A stretch of 58,093 nucleotides of DNA, from assembly GCA_049688735.1 (NCBI GenBank), contig JBAVLE010000402.1, forward strand, positions 1 to 58,093, given 5' to 3'. The stretch comes from Candidatus Angelobacter sp. (GTDB taxonomy: Bacteria > Acidobacteriota > Terriglobia > Terriglobales > Acidobacteriaceae). Positions 17,781 to 25,867 of the stretch are shown here, one piece after another. The notes under the pieces were generated by a model that had not been told where the DNA came from, did no database searches, and was given only the letters and a program-made list of their open reading frames with translations. Made by a program: the position numbers and the translations under genes. Numbering within the stretch: position 1 is the first letter of the stretch; each line of letters opens with the position of its first letter.

Positions 17781-17890
17781 CAATGAGGCTGCCGCAGCTG
17801 CCCCTGTGTGTATGTTCCAGCAGTGATCGCGAAAACCTAGTCGATCGATATTCATTGCCGGAAATTAGGATGCGAGCCTGACAATTTTTG

Positions 17891-18145
17891 CTACAGAGCT
17901 CGGCAGTTTATATCGATAAAATAATCCTGTGGATAGAGATAGTCTTCTCCCGATTCATCTATGATCCTGCGCATGCCGGCCTTCTCCGCTGCGCGATCCG
18001 CCAACACAGGATAGAGCTTTCGCAGCTCCAGGGATGCAGGATAATCCTCATTCTTGATGCAAACCATGTATTGCACCCTGCCTCTTTTCTTAATCGAGGA
18101 GCCGTTTGATTTTGATTTCTTTTCTGCCGATGCCATGTGCTTCAT
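17891..18145 (-). CDS. small hypothetical protein (84 aa)
   Basis: Conserved-looking C-terminal part IKNEDYPASLELRKLYPVLADRAAEKAGMRRIIDESGEDYLYPQDYF. Lies in a locally AT-rich segment. The start may be an internal Met. Confidence 0.5.
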   Translation of the reverse strand: MKHMASAEKKSKSNGSSIKKRGRVQYMVCIKNEDYPASLELRKLYPVLADRAAEKAGMRRIIDESGEDYLYPQDYFIDINCRAL

Positions 18146-18328
18146 ACCAGTTTCAGCTTTGCTATCCTACCATCGGGTAAGCGAGTGTCAGCGCAGCCTT
18201 TCAGTTTTTTCCAGCGGCCTCGCCCGTAGAATTTGGTGAGCCGCTTTCTGTCTCGCAGCGATCTTCCAGTTGCAATCACCTCAACGGCCGTAACCGGACC
18301 CGCAATCTCTCTCTCTCTTCATTCAAGC

Positions 18329-18356
18329 TTGCAATCATAAAACAACAGGGCTGCCG
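18329..18356 (-). terminator. rho-independent terminator after the BoxB-like gene
   Basis: The minus strand reads ggggctgcgtcggcagccc followed by tgttgtttt. Confidence 0.6.
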
Positions 18357-18407
18357 ACGCAGCCCCGTTCTTGTGTTTAGGCTAATTACTAAGTGCTAAT
18401 TGCTGCC

Positions 18408-19589
18408 CTACTGCACCGCATTCAACGCGCTCTTCCGTACCTCGCCGATCGTGAGCAGCGGGTCTTTCGCGCCGGTCCTGGGCGCAATCCATTTCTTTTC
18501 TGACCCGATGATGTCCATCAGCAGCTTCTTGTCCGCCGCCGTGGGCAGCCAGGTTTCTAGCTGCTGCTTGTATTCTTTTTCTTCCATTGGCTCGCCAGTA
18601 TGCGGATGGAACATCTGGCCCTTCCAGCGTCCAATCATGCGATTGAATTTGATGTCCGGGCAATAAAGCTCCGTGCTCCCCGGACGCTGTCCGGCGCTGA
18701 TGCGTCTGACCAACTGCACACATTCATCGCGATATAAGTGTCGGTTATAGTCATTCAAATTATCCAGATCAGGCGCAGTTTCGTTTTTCAGTTCGTCGTA
18801 GCGGCCCTTCAATCCCCATGTGTAAGCCCAGTGTGCGGAAGAAGAATGATCGGTACCGAACAAATCGTAAGCGCTGGAAATCCACTTGTTGAGATATTTC
18901 TGCATCAGCCAGCCGGGGACCACGCCGGCCTCAGCAATGCGCGCCAGTCCGGTATTGCCGGTACCCATGTGAAATGCTTCTTCACGCAGCATGTAACTCA
19001 TGGACCGTCCCAGCGGCGCAAATGCCGAATACTTCAGCATCTGGAGTTGAAACTTGCCGTCGCGATCGACAAAGTCAGTGAAGGCAAAAAAGTCCAGCCA
19101 GTTATCGCACTCTTCGTTAAACGATCCCAGCAATCGCTTGTTTTCGTACGCTTTGCGCTCCAGCATCTTCTGCGCTTCCACCTTGCCGGTGGTGCCAAAG
19201 TGGTCAATCAGCAGCGCGCACATCTGCCAGCCGTGGCGCATCTCTTCAATCATCACCCTTGTAAGCGATGAGCGGTCATAGTCCGTAGGCGCGGTCTCAA
19301 ACAGCCAGCGCTGCTGCTCCACGCTGGCAAACTCCGTATCACCCTGGTACACAATCAGGTTCATCAACGCGTCGCGCATGTTCTGCGTCGGAATCTGGCG
19401 GACGTTCTCCCATTTGTTGCGGCCTTTGTAATAGCCAAAGGTAATTTCGTCCGTCTCAATCGCGCCATACAGCGTATCGAATTTAAAATTGCGAATGTCA
19501 TTGTGATTGACGCCGATTTCCTCGCGCCACTCCTTGAACAGTCCTTCCCAATCGCTAAACGATCCAATCTTCATCACTTTTCCCGGCAT
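18408..19589 (-). CDS. BoxB-like diiron acyl-CoA oxygenase (benzoyl-CoA 2,3-epoxidase subunit B family)
   Basis: YQGDTEFASVEQQRW, MIEEMRHGWQ (ExxH), FTDFVDRDGKFQLQML and MLREEAFHMGTG (ExxH) resemble BoxB. The ligand pattern is E...ExxH...D...ExxH. Confidence 0.78.
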   Translation of the reverse strand: MPGKVMKIGSFSDWEGLFKEWREEIGVNHNDIRNFKFDTLYGAIETDEITFGYYKGRNKWENVRQIPTQNMRDALMNLIVYQGDTEFASVEQQRWLFETAPTDYDRSSLTRVMIEEMRHGWQMCALLIDHFGTTGKVEAQKMLERKAYENKRLLGSFNEECDNWLDFFAFTDFVDRDGKFQLQMLKYSAFAPLGRSMSYMLREEAFHMGTGNTGLARIAEAGVVPGWLMQKYLNKWISSAYDLFGTDHSSSAHWAYTWGLKGRYDELKNETAPDLDNLNDYNRHLYRDECVQLVRRISAGQRPGSTELYCPDIKFNRMIGRWKGQMFHPHTGEPMEEKEYKQQLETWLPTAADKKLLMDIIGSEKKWIAPRTGAKDPLLTIGEVRKSALNAVQ

Positions 19590-19625
19590 GATTCACCCCT
19601 AAACTCTTGTATAAACTTCCTTGTG

Positions 19626-20084
19626 CTATCGATATCCCATCTCTGGATCAAGCCGCACCTTGCTTCTTACAAACATTCCGCTTCCGCGTGCGATCTCTTC
19701 TTCCTGATCGTTGTACAAAACTGATTCCGCCAGAAACGACGATCCGCCGCCGCTCACCACTTTTCCCACTGCGCGAATCACGCCCGCCGAAACCGGCGCC
19801 AGCATGTACAAGTTGAAGTTGCTGGTAAGAACAAAACGGTCTTCCACCAGCGAGCTCACCGCAAAAAAAGCAGCGTCGTCCAGGCTTTTGAAATAAACAG
19901 CGCCGTGGGCGGCCCGGGCAGCATGGAAAAATCGGCTATCCACGTTGACCTTGATTTCAGCAGTTCCTTGCCCTATCTGGATCGAAGGCTTGAAGAATTC
20001 ATTGATGGGCGCAGCCAGGTACATGCGTTCCAGCTTGCGATAATGCTCTTCGCTAGTCATCGAAATTGCAGGCTGTGCTGACAT
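19626..20084 (-). CDS. PaaI-family hotdog-fold thioesterase
   Basis: About 150 aa. The pattern HGGAVYFKSLDDAAFFA ... G.VVSGG...F.AES fits PaaI/4HBT-type thioesterases. Confidence 0.72.
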   Translation of the reverse strand: MSAQPAISMTSEEHYRKLERMYLAAPINEFFKPSIQIGQGTAEIKVNVDSRFFHAARAAHGAVYFKSLDDAAFFAVSSLVEDRFVLTSNFNLYMLAPVSAGVIRAVGKVVSGGGSSFLAESVLYNDQEEEIARGSGMFVRSKVRLDPEMGYR

Positions 20085-20174
20085 AATTGCTACCCGCCTC
20101 CCATTTGGCGGCCCAGGCTAACTGTTCAACCAGCTTTGGCCAACGGCTAAAAGCCAAGAGCTAAGAGCCGGCTC

Positions 20175-21641
20175 TTACAGGTTCATCCAAACCGATTTCA
20201 ACTCCGTGTAATGCTCAATCGCGTGCATGCCCAATTCGCGCCCAAAACCAGACTGCTTGTAGCCGCCAAAGGGCATTGCAGCGTCCATCACTCCATAGGT
20301 GTTGATCCACACCGTTCCTGCTTTCAGTCGCCGCGAGAGCTGATGCGCTTTCTTGATGTCATTCGTCCAGACTGCCGCAGCAAGGCCGTAAACATTCTTG
20401 TTCGCCAGCTCGGCCACTTGCTCAATGTCGTCAAACGTGAGCGTGGCCAGAACCGGGCCAAAAATTTCTTCCTGGGCAATCTTCATGTCGTTGTTCACGC
20501 CGCCGAAAATCGTCGGCTCAATGAAATATCCATGATCGCCGTTCACCTGCGCCCGCTTGCCGCCGGCCAGCAGCTTTGCGCCTTCGCTCTTCCCAGCCTC
20601 AATGTAGCCCAGCACCGTCTGCATCTGCTTTTCGCTGACAATTGCACCTAAACGTGTCTTGGGATCCAGCGGATCGCCCAACCGGATTTTCTTTGACGAC
20701 TCAACCAGTTTGGTCACAAATTCGTCTTCTGCCTTCTTCTCGATGAACAAGCGCGAGCCCGCACAGCAGACCTCGCCCTTACCGTAGAAGATCCCATTCA
20801 AGGCGCCTTTCACGGCGGAATCCATTTGCGAATCGGCAAAAACAATGTTGGGGGACTTGCCGCCCAGCTCCAGCGTCACACGCTTCAGCGTGTCGGCAGA
20901 GCTGCGCATGATCTCTTTACCCACCGATGTCGATCCAGTGAACGCGATCTTGTCCACGCCAGGATGCTTTACCAGCGCAGCGCCGGTCTCCGGTCCGCCA
21001 GTTACGATATTCAGCACACCAGCAGGCAGTCCGGCCTCAAGCGCGAGTTCACCGAAGCGTAGCGCCGTAAGCGGCGTCTGCTCCGCCGGTTTCAAAATCA
21101 CGCAGTTGCCGCATGCCAGCGCCGGCCCCAGCTTCCAGCTGGCCAGCAGCAGCGGGAAATTCCACGCAACAATCGCGCCCACCACGCCAACAGGATCGCG
21201 CAGCGTGTAAGTAAAAGCATTGCTAAAGGTGTTCACAGTCTCGCCGTGGATTTTCGTCGCCCATCCCGCGTAGTAGCGGAACACGTCCGCAACCATCGGC
21301 ATATCCACATAACGCGACTCAAAAATTGGCTTGCCGTTGTTCAGCGTTTCCAACTCGGCCAGCTCTTCAATGTTCTTTTCGATCAGGTCAGCAATGCGCC
21401 ATAGCACCTTGCCGCGTTCGCTGGCGGACATCTTGCGCCACGGACTGTTCACGTCGTCAAATGCCTTGCGCGCCGCCGTCACTGCCTGGTCAACGCCGCT
21501 GCCGCCGCCTTCGGCCACCTGCGTCAACACGTCTCCAGTCGCCGGGTTGAAGGTATCGAAGGACTTTCCTGAACCTTCCGACCATTTGCCGTCAATCAGC
21601 AGTTTGCCGGGAGAAACTTTTGCTTTCGTTGCTGTGATCAT
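20175..21641 (-). CDS. NAD(P)-dependent aldehyde dehydrogenase
   Basis: VAWNFPLL, ELGGKSP and GEVCCAGSR, the catalytic Glu/Cys motifs. Start taken at MITATKAKV. The 30-codon track extension is repeat sequence. Confidence 0.9.
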   Translation of the reverse strand: MITATKAKVSPGKLLIDGKWSEGSGKSFDTFNPATGDVLTQVAEGGGSGVDQAVTAARKAFDDVNSPWRKMSASERGKVLWRIADLIEKNIEELAELETLNNGKPIFESRYVDMPMVADVFRYYAGWATKIHGETVNTFSNAFTYTLRDPVGVVGAIVAWNFPLLLASWKLGPALACGNCVILKPAEQTPLTALRFGELALEAGLPAGVLNIVTGGPETGAALVKHPGVDKIAFTGSTSVGKEIMRSSADTLKRVTLELGGKSPNIVFADSQMDSAVKGALNGIFYGKGEVCCAGSRLFIEKKAEDEFVTKLVESSKKIRLGDPLDPKTRLGAIVSEKQMQTVLGYIEAGKSEGAKLLAGGKRAQVNGDHGYFIEPTIFGGVNNDMKIAQEEIFGPVLATLTFDDIEQVAELANKNVYGLAAAVWTNDIKKAHQLSRRLKAGTVWINTYGVMDAAMPFGGYKQSGFGRELGMHAIEHYTELKSVWMNL

Positions 21642-21660
21642 TGTCTTAGCCTTTTTCTGA

Positions 21661-21793
21661 AATCCCGAATCCCGCGCAGCGGGTGAGGGACCCCTATTCC
21701 CTTCCATGCACTTTAAGTTGCACGATATCAATTCTTGAAATACTTACCTGCTATAGGGATCCCTGCCCGTTCGCTTCGCTCAGGCTCGGGATT
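21661..21793. repeat. A-family palindromic MITE/REP-like element
   Basis: aatcccgaatcccgcgcagcgggtgagggacccctattcc ... ctatagggatccctgcccgttcgcttcgctcaggctcgggatt. Confidence 0.7.
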
Positions 21794-21800
21794 TCAAGTC

Positions 21801-22610
21801 TTACTTTGCTTTGAAAGTAGCCGGCCGCTTCTCAACGTACGCAGCCAAGCCTTCTTTGGCATCTTCACTGGCGAACAAGCGTTGTTGCAGTTCGCGCTCC
21901 ACGGCCAGGGCGGACTCCATTGGGATCTCCCAGCCGGTCTGCACGGACCGCTTGATGTTGCCCACGGCCTTCGCAGCCTTGTTCGGCGGCGTGAACTGGC
22001 GCGCATATTCCATGATGTTTTCCATAAAGCCATCACGCTCGTAAATATCGTTGATGATGCCCATCTCTTTGGCTTCTTCAAAGGTGAAGGTGTTGCCGGT
22101 CACCATCAGTTCAATGGCTTTGCTCTTGCCCACCATGCGGCTCAGGCGCTGTGTTCCGCCGGTGCCGGGCAGCACGCCCAGGTTGATTTCCGGCAGCCCG
22201 ATCTTTCCGGAATCACGGCGCGCAATACGAATGTCCGCCGCCATGGCAATTTCCAATCCACCGCCCACACAGTGGCCATTGATCGCGGCGATCACCAGCT
22301 TGGGGGTGTGCTCCAGGCGCAGCAGCGTCTCATTGGCATGCAGGCAGAAATAATATTTAAAGGTGGGATCGACGGTGGAAAGCATTTTGATGTTGGCGCC
22401 GGCGGAGAAAAATTTCTCGCCTGAACCGGTCAGCAGCAGCACGTAAACGTCGTTGTCCATGCGCGCCTTCAGAATGCATTCATCCAGTTGCCGGTTCATT
22501 TCATAGGTGTAGGTATTTGCCGGCGGATCGTTCAATTCAATCACGGCGATGCCGTCTTCAACGCGATAGTTCACCAGGGTCTTGGTTTCGGTTGCTGTGG
22601 TTGTAGCCAT
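21801..22610 (-). CDS. enoyl-CoA hydratase/isomerase (crotonase) family protein
   Basis: FFSAGANI ... HCVGGGLEIAMAAD ... LPEINLGVLPGTGGTQR. Confidence 0.85.
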   Translation of the reverse strand: MATTTATETKTLVNYRVEDGIAVIELNDPPANTYTYEMNRQLDECILKARMDNDVYVLLLTGSGEKFFSAGANIKMLSTVDPTFKYYFCLHANETLLRLEHTPKLVIAAINGHCVGGGLEIAMAADIRIARRDSGKIGLPEINLGVLPGTGGTQRLSRMVGKSKAIELMVTGNTFTFEEAKEMGIINDIYERDGFMENIMEYARQFTPPNKAAKAVGNIKRSVQTGWEIPMESALAVERELQQRLFASEDAKEGLAAYVEKRPATFKAK

Positions 22611-22683
22611 GGTTCAAAAGCTCCTTATCAATTTTTCCGAATCTTAATTTCCTGATCGCTGCAACTTCTCATCTCCTGGCTGG

Positions 22684-23382
22684 TCAGGCATGTGCCTTGG
22701 AAGTTTTTCGTTTTGCTCTGCCCGGATTCAAAACACCGCGCAAAAACAGGTTGCTCATTTCCTCGGCCATGGCTCCGGCGTCCAGGTCCACGCGCGGGTT
22801 ATGCCAGGTGTAAATCCAATTAATCATCCCAAACAATCCCAGTACAGCCAGGCGTCCGGAAAATTGTAGCCCCTTTTCGCGCCGCAAATCTTCCAGCAGA
22901 TCCAGGCAGATTTTGTAGTACTCGCGTTTGATCGCCCTGATCTCAGTGCCCCGGCCATTCTTGAGCGTTTCATCCTCATGCGTCAGCACCTTCATGGCTT
23001 CTTTGTTTGCCAGAAAGTATTCCAGATGGTTTTCGATGAAGATACGGACACGCTCTTCCGCATCACTGGACTCTTTCAGCCGTTCCTGCAACAGCGCGAT
23101 GATCGTCTTAAAAGTATGTTTCTGGATGAGGTAAAGCAGGTCTTCCTTGGACTCAAAATAATGGTACAGACCGGCCAACGACATTCCGGCAGCGCGCGAA
23201 AGATCGCGCATGGAAGCGCCCTCATACCCTTTTTCGCAGAAGATATGCGCCGCATGGTGCAACAATTTTGAGAGCCTGCGGTCAAATCGAGAATCGGCTG
23301 CCTCGTCATTGTTTGCAGAACGCCCCTTGCGACCAATAAATGGTTCGCTGGACAAGCGGCTTTCAACATTCTGCAGCGCCAT
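22684..23382 (-). CDS. TetR/AcrR-family transcriptional regulator
   Basis: HTH region FCEKGYEGASMRDLSRAAGMSLAGLYHYFESKEDLL. First gene of the co-oriented catabolic unit. Confidence 0.85.
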   Translation of the reverse strand: MALQNVESRLSSEPFIGRKGRSANNDEAADSRFDRRLSKLLHHAAHIFCEKGYEGASMRDLSRAAGMSLAGLYHYFESKEDLLYLIQKHTFKTIIALLQERLKESSDAEERVRIFIENHLEYFLANKEAMKVLTHEDETLKNGRGTEIRAIKREYYKICLDLLEDLRREKGLQFSGRLAVLGLFGMINWIYTWHNPRVDLDAGAMAEEMSNLFLRGVLNPGRAKRKTSKAHA

Positions 23383-23398
23383 AAAAAGATTAACTTAC

Positions 23399-23408
23399 CG
23401 AACGTTCG
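23399..23408. promoter_or_regulatory. perfect palindrome CGAACGTTCG, candidate TetR operator
   Basis: Lies 17 bp upstream of the tetR start, in the divergent intergenic region shared with the SnoaL-like gene. A TATATT box follows at about 23416. Confidence 0.3.
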
Positions 23409-23524
23409 TTCGAATCTATATTATGACGCATGGTTGCCTGCTGGGTCAATTTGCAAGTTCTGTCTGGACGGCGTGGGATTTCCAGAAAAACGCGCCTTAT
23501 ACTGGGGCGATAAGGCGGCTACCG

Positions 23525-23884
23525 ATGACGGAGCAAGATCTACTTCGCACAATATACGCAGCATTTAATCGCCGTGACATTGATGCTGTTCTGACCGCTA
23601 TGCACCCCGACGTCGATTGGCCTAATGGCATGGAAGGCGGCAGGGTCTACGGACAAGAGGCCGTCCGTCAATACTGGCAGCGGCAGTGGAAACAGATCAA
23701 TCCTTTGGTCGAACCTCAGAGCTTCCACACCGATTCAACCGGGGCCATAGTGGTAAATGTTCATCAAATCATTCGTGACTTGTCTGGTGCCTTGCTGGCA
23801 GACCGAATGGTCCAGCATGTTTATCGCATTCAAGATGGATTGATTCTGTCCATGGAGATAAAAGAAGTCCCCCAGAAACCCTGA
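23525..23884 (+). CDS. SnoaL-like / NTF2-family protein
   Basis: MTEQDLLRTIYAAFNRRDIDAVLTAMHPDVDW is typical of SnoaL-like domains. The track N-extension overlaps tetR and is rejected. Confidence 0.7.
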   Translation: MTEQDLLRTIYAAFNRRDIDAVLTAMHPDVDWPNGMEGGRVYGQEAVRQYWQRQWKQINPLVEPQSFHTDSTGAIVVNVHQIIRDLSGALLADRMVQHVYRIQDGLILSMEIKEVPQKP

Positions 23885-24212
23885 TTTCAGATTCAGACCA
23901 ATTCAAAGTCGACATATATTTTTTGTCTGCATCGCCAGCACTATAGGAAGTAAGTGGTCTACGTTTAGAGACGGAACCCCGGCGCTCGCATTCCCTTCCA
24001 AGCTTTTACTCGTCTTGAGCCTTTTAATTGTGCATCGGCTCGTTTGAACGGAGGGATTGTCGTGTGTCGGGGGACTTGCTTGCCAAAGAAAGTTGTTCCA
24101 CGCCGCTAGCGGTAACTGTCCTATCACCAGAGCCGAAAACTCAATAGACATTCGACGGTGGACTGAGAAATCCCGAATCTAGCAGCTTGGTCCCCTTCCA
24201 GGAGAGATACAA

Positions 24213-25619
24213 ATGAAAACGCAAAACAGCAAAAACTTACTCAACCCGGTGGCCAAGTTCGCATCCGTTTTTGCACTGGCAGCACTCATAGCATTAGCCT
24301 CAAGCTGCGGCGGTGGCGGATCATCGATTGGAGCCAACCCCACTCCAACGCCCGCTGCTGGGGCCAACTCAGCACAAGTCCGCTTTGGCGACGCGCCTGC
24401 CGACAGTGTGATTTCCTTTGAAGTTTCCGTATCTTCGTTATCCCTCATCCCGGCTGGCGGCGGAACGCCGGTTTCAATCTCAGTCCCAGCCAACAACCGC
24501 ATCGAACTGACCCATGCTTCAGGCAAGTTTGAACCGTTTATCGCCGGCAATCTGCCTCAGGGCACCTTCTCTGCCGCGAACCTTACTTTGGCAAATTCCG
24601 AGCTCACATTCCTGACGAGTACCGGCACCCCAGTCCACGTTAATGGTCCTGCCAGCGCCTCCATTACCGTTCCGCTCAGCCCCAATCTCACGATTGGCAG
24701 CAGCCCGCTGGTCCTAAATATTGATGTGAACGTAGCTGCCTCAATCAGCACGGCAGCAGGCGTAGTGAACGGAATCGCTTTCACCCCTTCTTCTTTCAAC
24801 ATCACTGCCAAGGCGCCCGGAGTGACCGCAAACCAGCAGGATGATGATGGCGAAATTGAAGACGTCCAGGGAACAGTGACCGCCGTGAACGGATCCAGCT
24901 TCACCTTCAAGGTCGGCCAGACCGGTTCATTGATGACTTTCAACACTGACGGCACCACGGAATTCAAAGATGGCGTAACCAGCGTCGCCGGCCTGCTCAA
25001 CCAGGTTGTGACCGTGGAAGGCTTTACCCGCTCCGATGGCAGCTTGTTCGCTAAGGAAGTGGAAGGACTGGAGAGCGCCAACGGAGGAGAAGTTGAAGGT
25101 CTGATCACTGCACTCAGCGGCACCACGCTAACCGTGAACGCTCAGGACGGCATCGGCAGCGGATTTGACGATACCAAGATCGGGTCCAGCTTCAGCGTGA
25201 ATATCGCCGGACTCAACGCCAGCAAGTTCCGCGTAAAAGCCGGCAACGGTTTCGGTGGCGGACTGCCCAGCGCAACGTTCCCCTTCGACGCAACCACGAT
25301 CCATCAGGGTCAGAGAATTGAAGTTGACACGGACGCGGCTGTACCTCCTGCGAACGGCTCCATCAACCCTGACAAGATCAACCTGCAGCAGCAAGGCGTT
25401 TCTGGTGTGGTGGCAAATGCCGCAACCAACACCTTTGACATCAACATGGCCACGGATTCGGCCTTGAGAACCATCTCCGGACAGACTGTGGTCCACGTAA
25501 CCAAAACCGCATCAACCGACAGCCGCGTCGCAGTGGCCAACGGCGGCACCGTCCAGGTACGCGGTCTGCTCTTCTGGAACGGAACGTCCTGGCAAATGAT
25601 CGCCCGCCGCATCCGCTAA
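24213..25619 (+). CDS. DUF4382-type lipoprotein with repeated beta-rich C-terminal domains
   Basis: Lipobox LASSC. VRFGDAPADSVISFEVSVSSLSL ... IELTH ... LPQGTFSAANLTL resembles DUF4382. AGGAGAG RBS. Confidence 0.7.
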   Translation: MKTQNSKNLLNPVAKFASVFALAALIALASSCGGGGSSIGANPTPTPAAGANSAQVRFGDAPADSVISFEVSVSSLSLIPAGGGTPVSISVPANNRIELTHASGKFEPFIAGNLPQGTFSAANLTLANSELTFLTSTGTPVHVNGPASASITVPLSPNLTIGSSPLVLNIDVNVAASISTAAGVVNGIAFTPSSFNITAKAPGVTANQQDDDGEIEDVQGTVTAVNGSSFTFKVGQTGSLMTFNTDGTTEFKDGVTSVAGLLNQVVTVEGFTRSDGSLFAKEVEGLESANGGEVEGLITALSGTTLTVNAQDGIGSGFDDTKIGSSFSVNIAGLNASKFRVKAGNGFGGGLPSATFPFDATTIHQGQRIEVDTDAAVPPANGSINPDKINLQQQGVSGVVANAATNTFDINMATDSALRTISGQTVVHVTKTASTDSRVAVANGGTVQVRGLLFWNGTSWQMIARRIR

Positions 25620-25651
25620 CAGAAATAACAGCTCAGTACGCTCCTCAACTG

Positions 25652-25684
25652 GCCGCATCCTTAATCGGATGCGGCTATTTTCTT
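25652..25684 (+). terminator. rho-independent terminator
   Basis: gccgcatcc-ttaatc-ggatgcggc followed by tattttctt. Confidence 0.7.
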
Positions 25685-25823
25685 GGCCGGTGCATCCTAC
25701 TCCATGCATGCAGGAATGCGCTGTGAGATGGTCGCCAACAGAAACGGAGATACAATGCTCTGGTTCTGAGCGAGTGTCGCCCTTGATCATGCGGGAAGCA
25801 ATCATTTTGAGAGTGAAATGGAA

Positions 25824-25859
25824 GCAGCGCAGCAGCTTGTGAAAAGCTTGCTGCGCTGC
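25824..25859 (-). terminator. long hairpin downstream of the RRM gene (possible terminator)
   Basis: gcagcgcagcagctt-gtgaa-aagcttgctgcgctgc. The T-tract on the minus strand is only weak. Confidence 0.4.
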
Positions 25860-25867
25860 GGGGGCCT

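Noticed and set aside
21642-21731. N-terminal extensions of the ALDH ORF. The same applies to 15099-15197, 3172-3234, 26195-26323, 32740-32820, 34622-34675, 45255-45314 and 52634-52696.
   Set aside because: The extensions read through repeat elements or the preceding gene. Internal starts give canonical N-termini and typical stop/start overlaps.
21735-22424. 229-aa plus-strand ORF antisense to the crotonase gene.
   Set aside because: It lies entirely within a well-supported minus-strand gene. The peptide is Gly/His/Ala-rich with no motifs.
23210-23524. Long N-terminal extension of the 23210-23884 ORF.
   Set aside because: It overlaps the tetR coding region on the opposite strand and crosses the promoter region. 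The SnoaL-like domain starts at the internal ATG at 23525.
23903-24151. 82-aa minus-strand ORF between the SnoaL-like and lipoprotein genes.
   Set aside because: No RBS, odd composition, no motifs. It lies in the likely promoter region of the lipoprotein gene.
24557-25612. Minus-strand ORFs (24557-25126, 25128-25496, 25310-25612) within the lipoprotein gene.
   Set aside because: They overlap a plus-strand gene that has a lipobox, RBS and terminator. They have no independent support.
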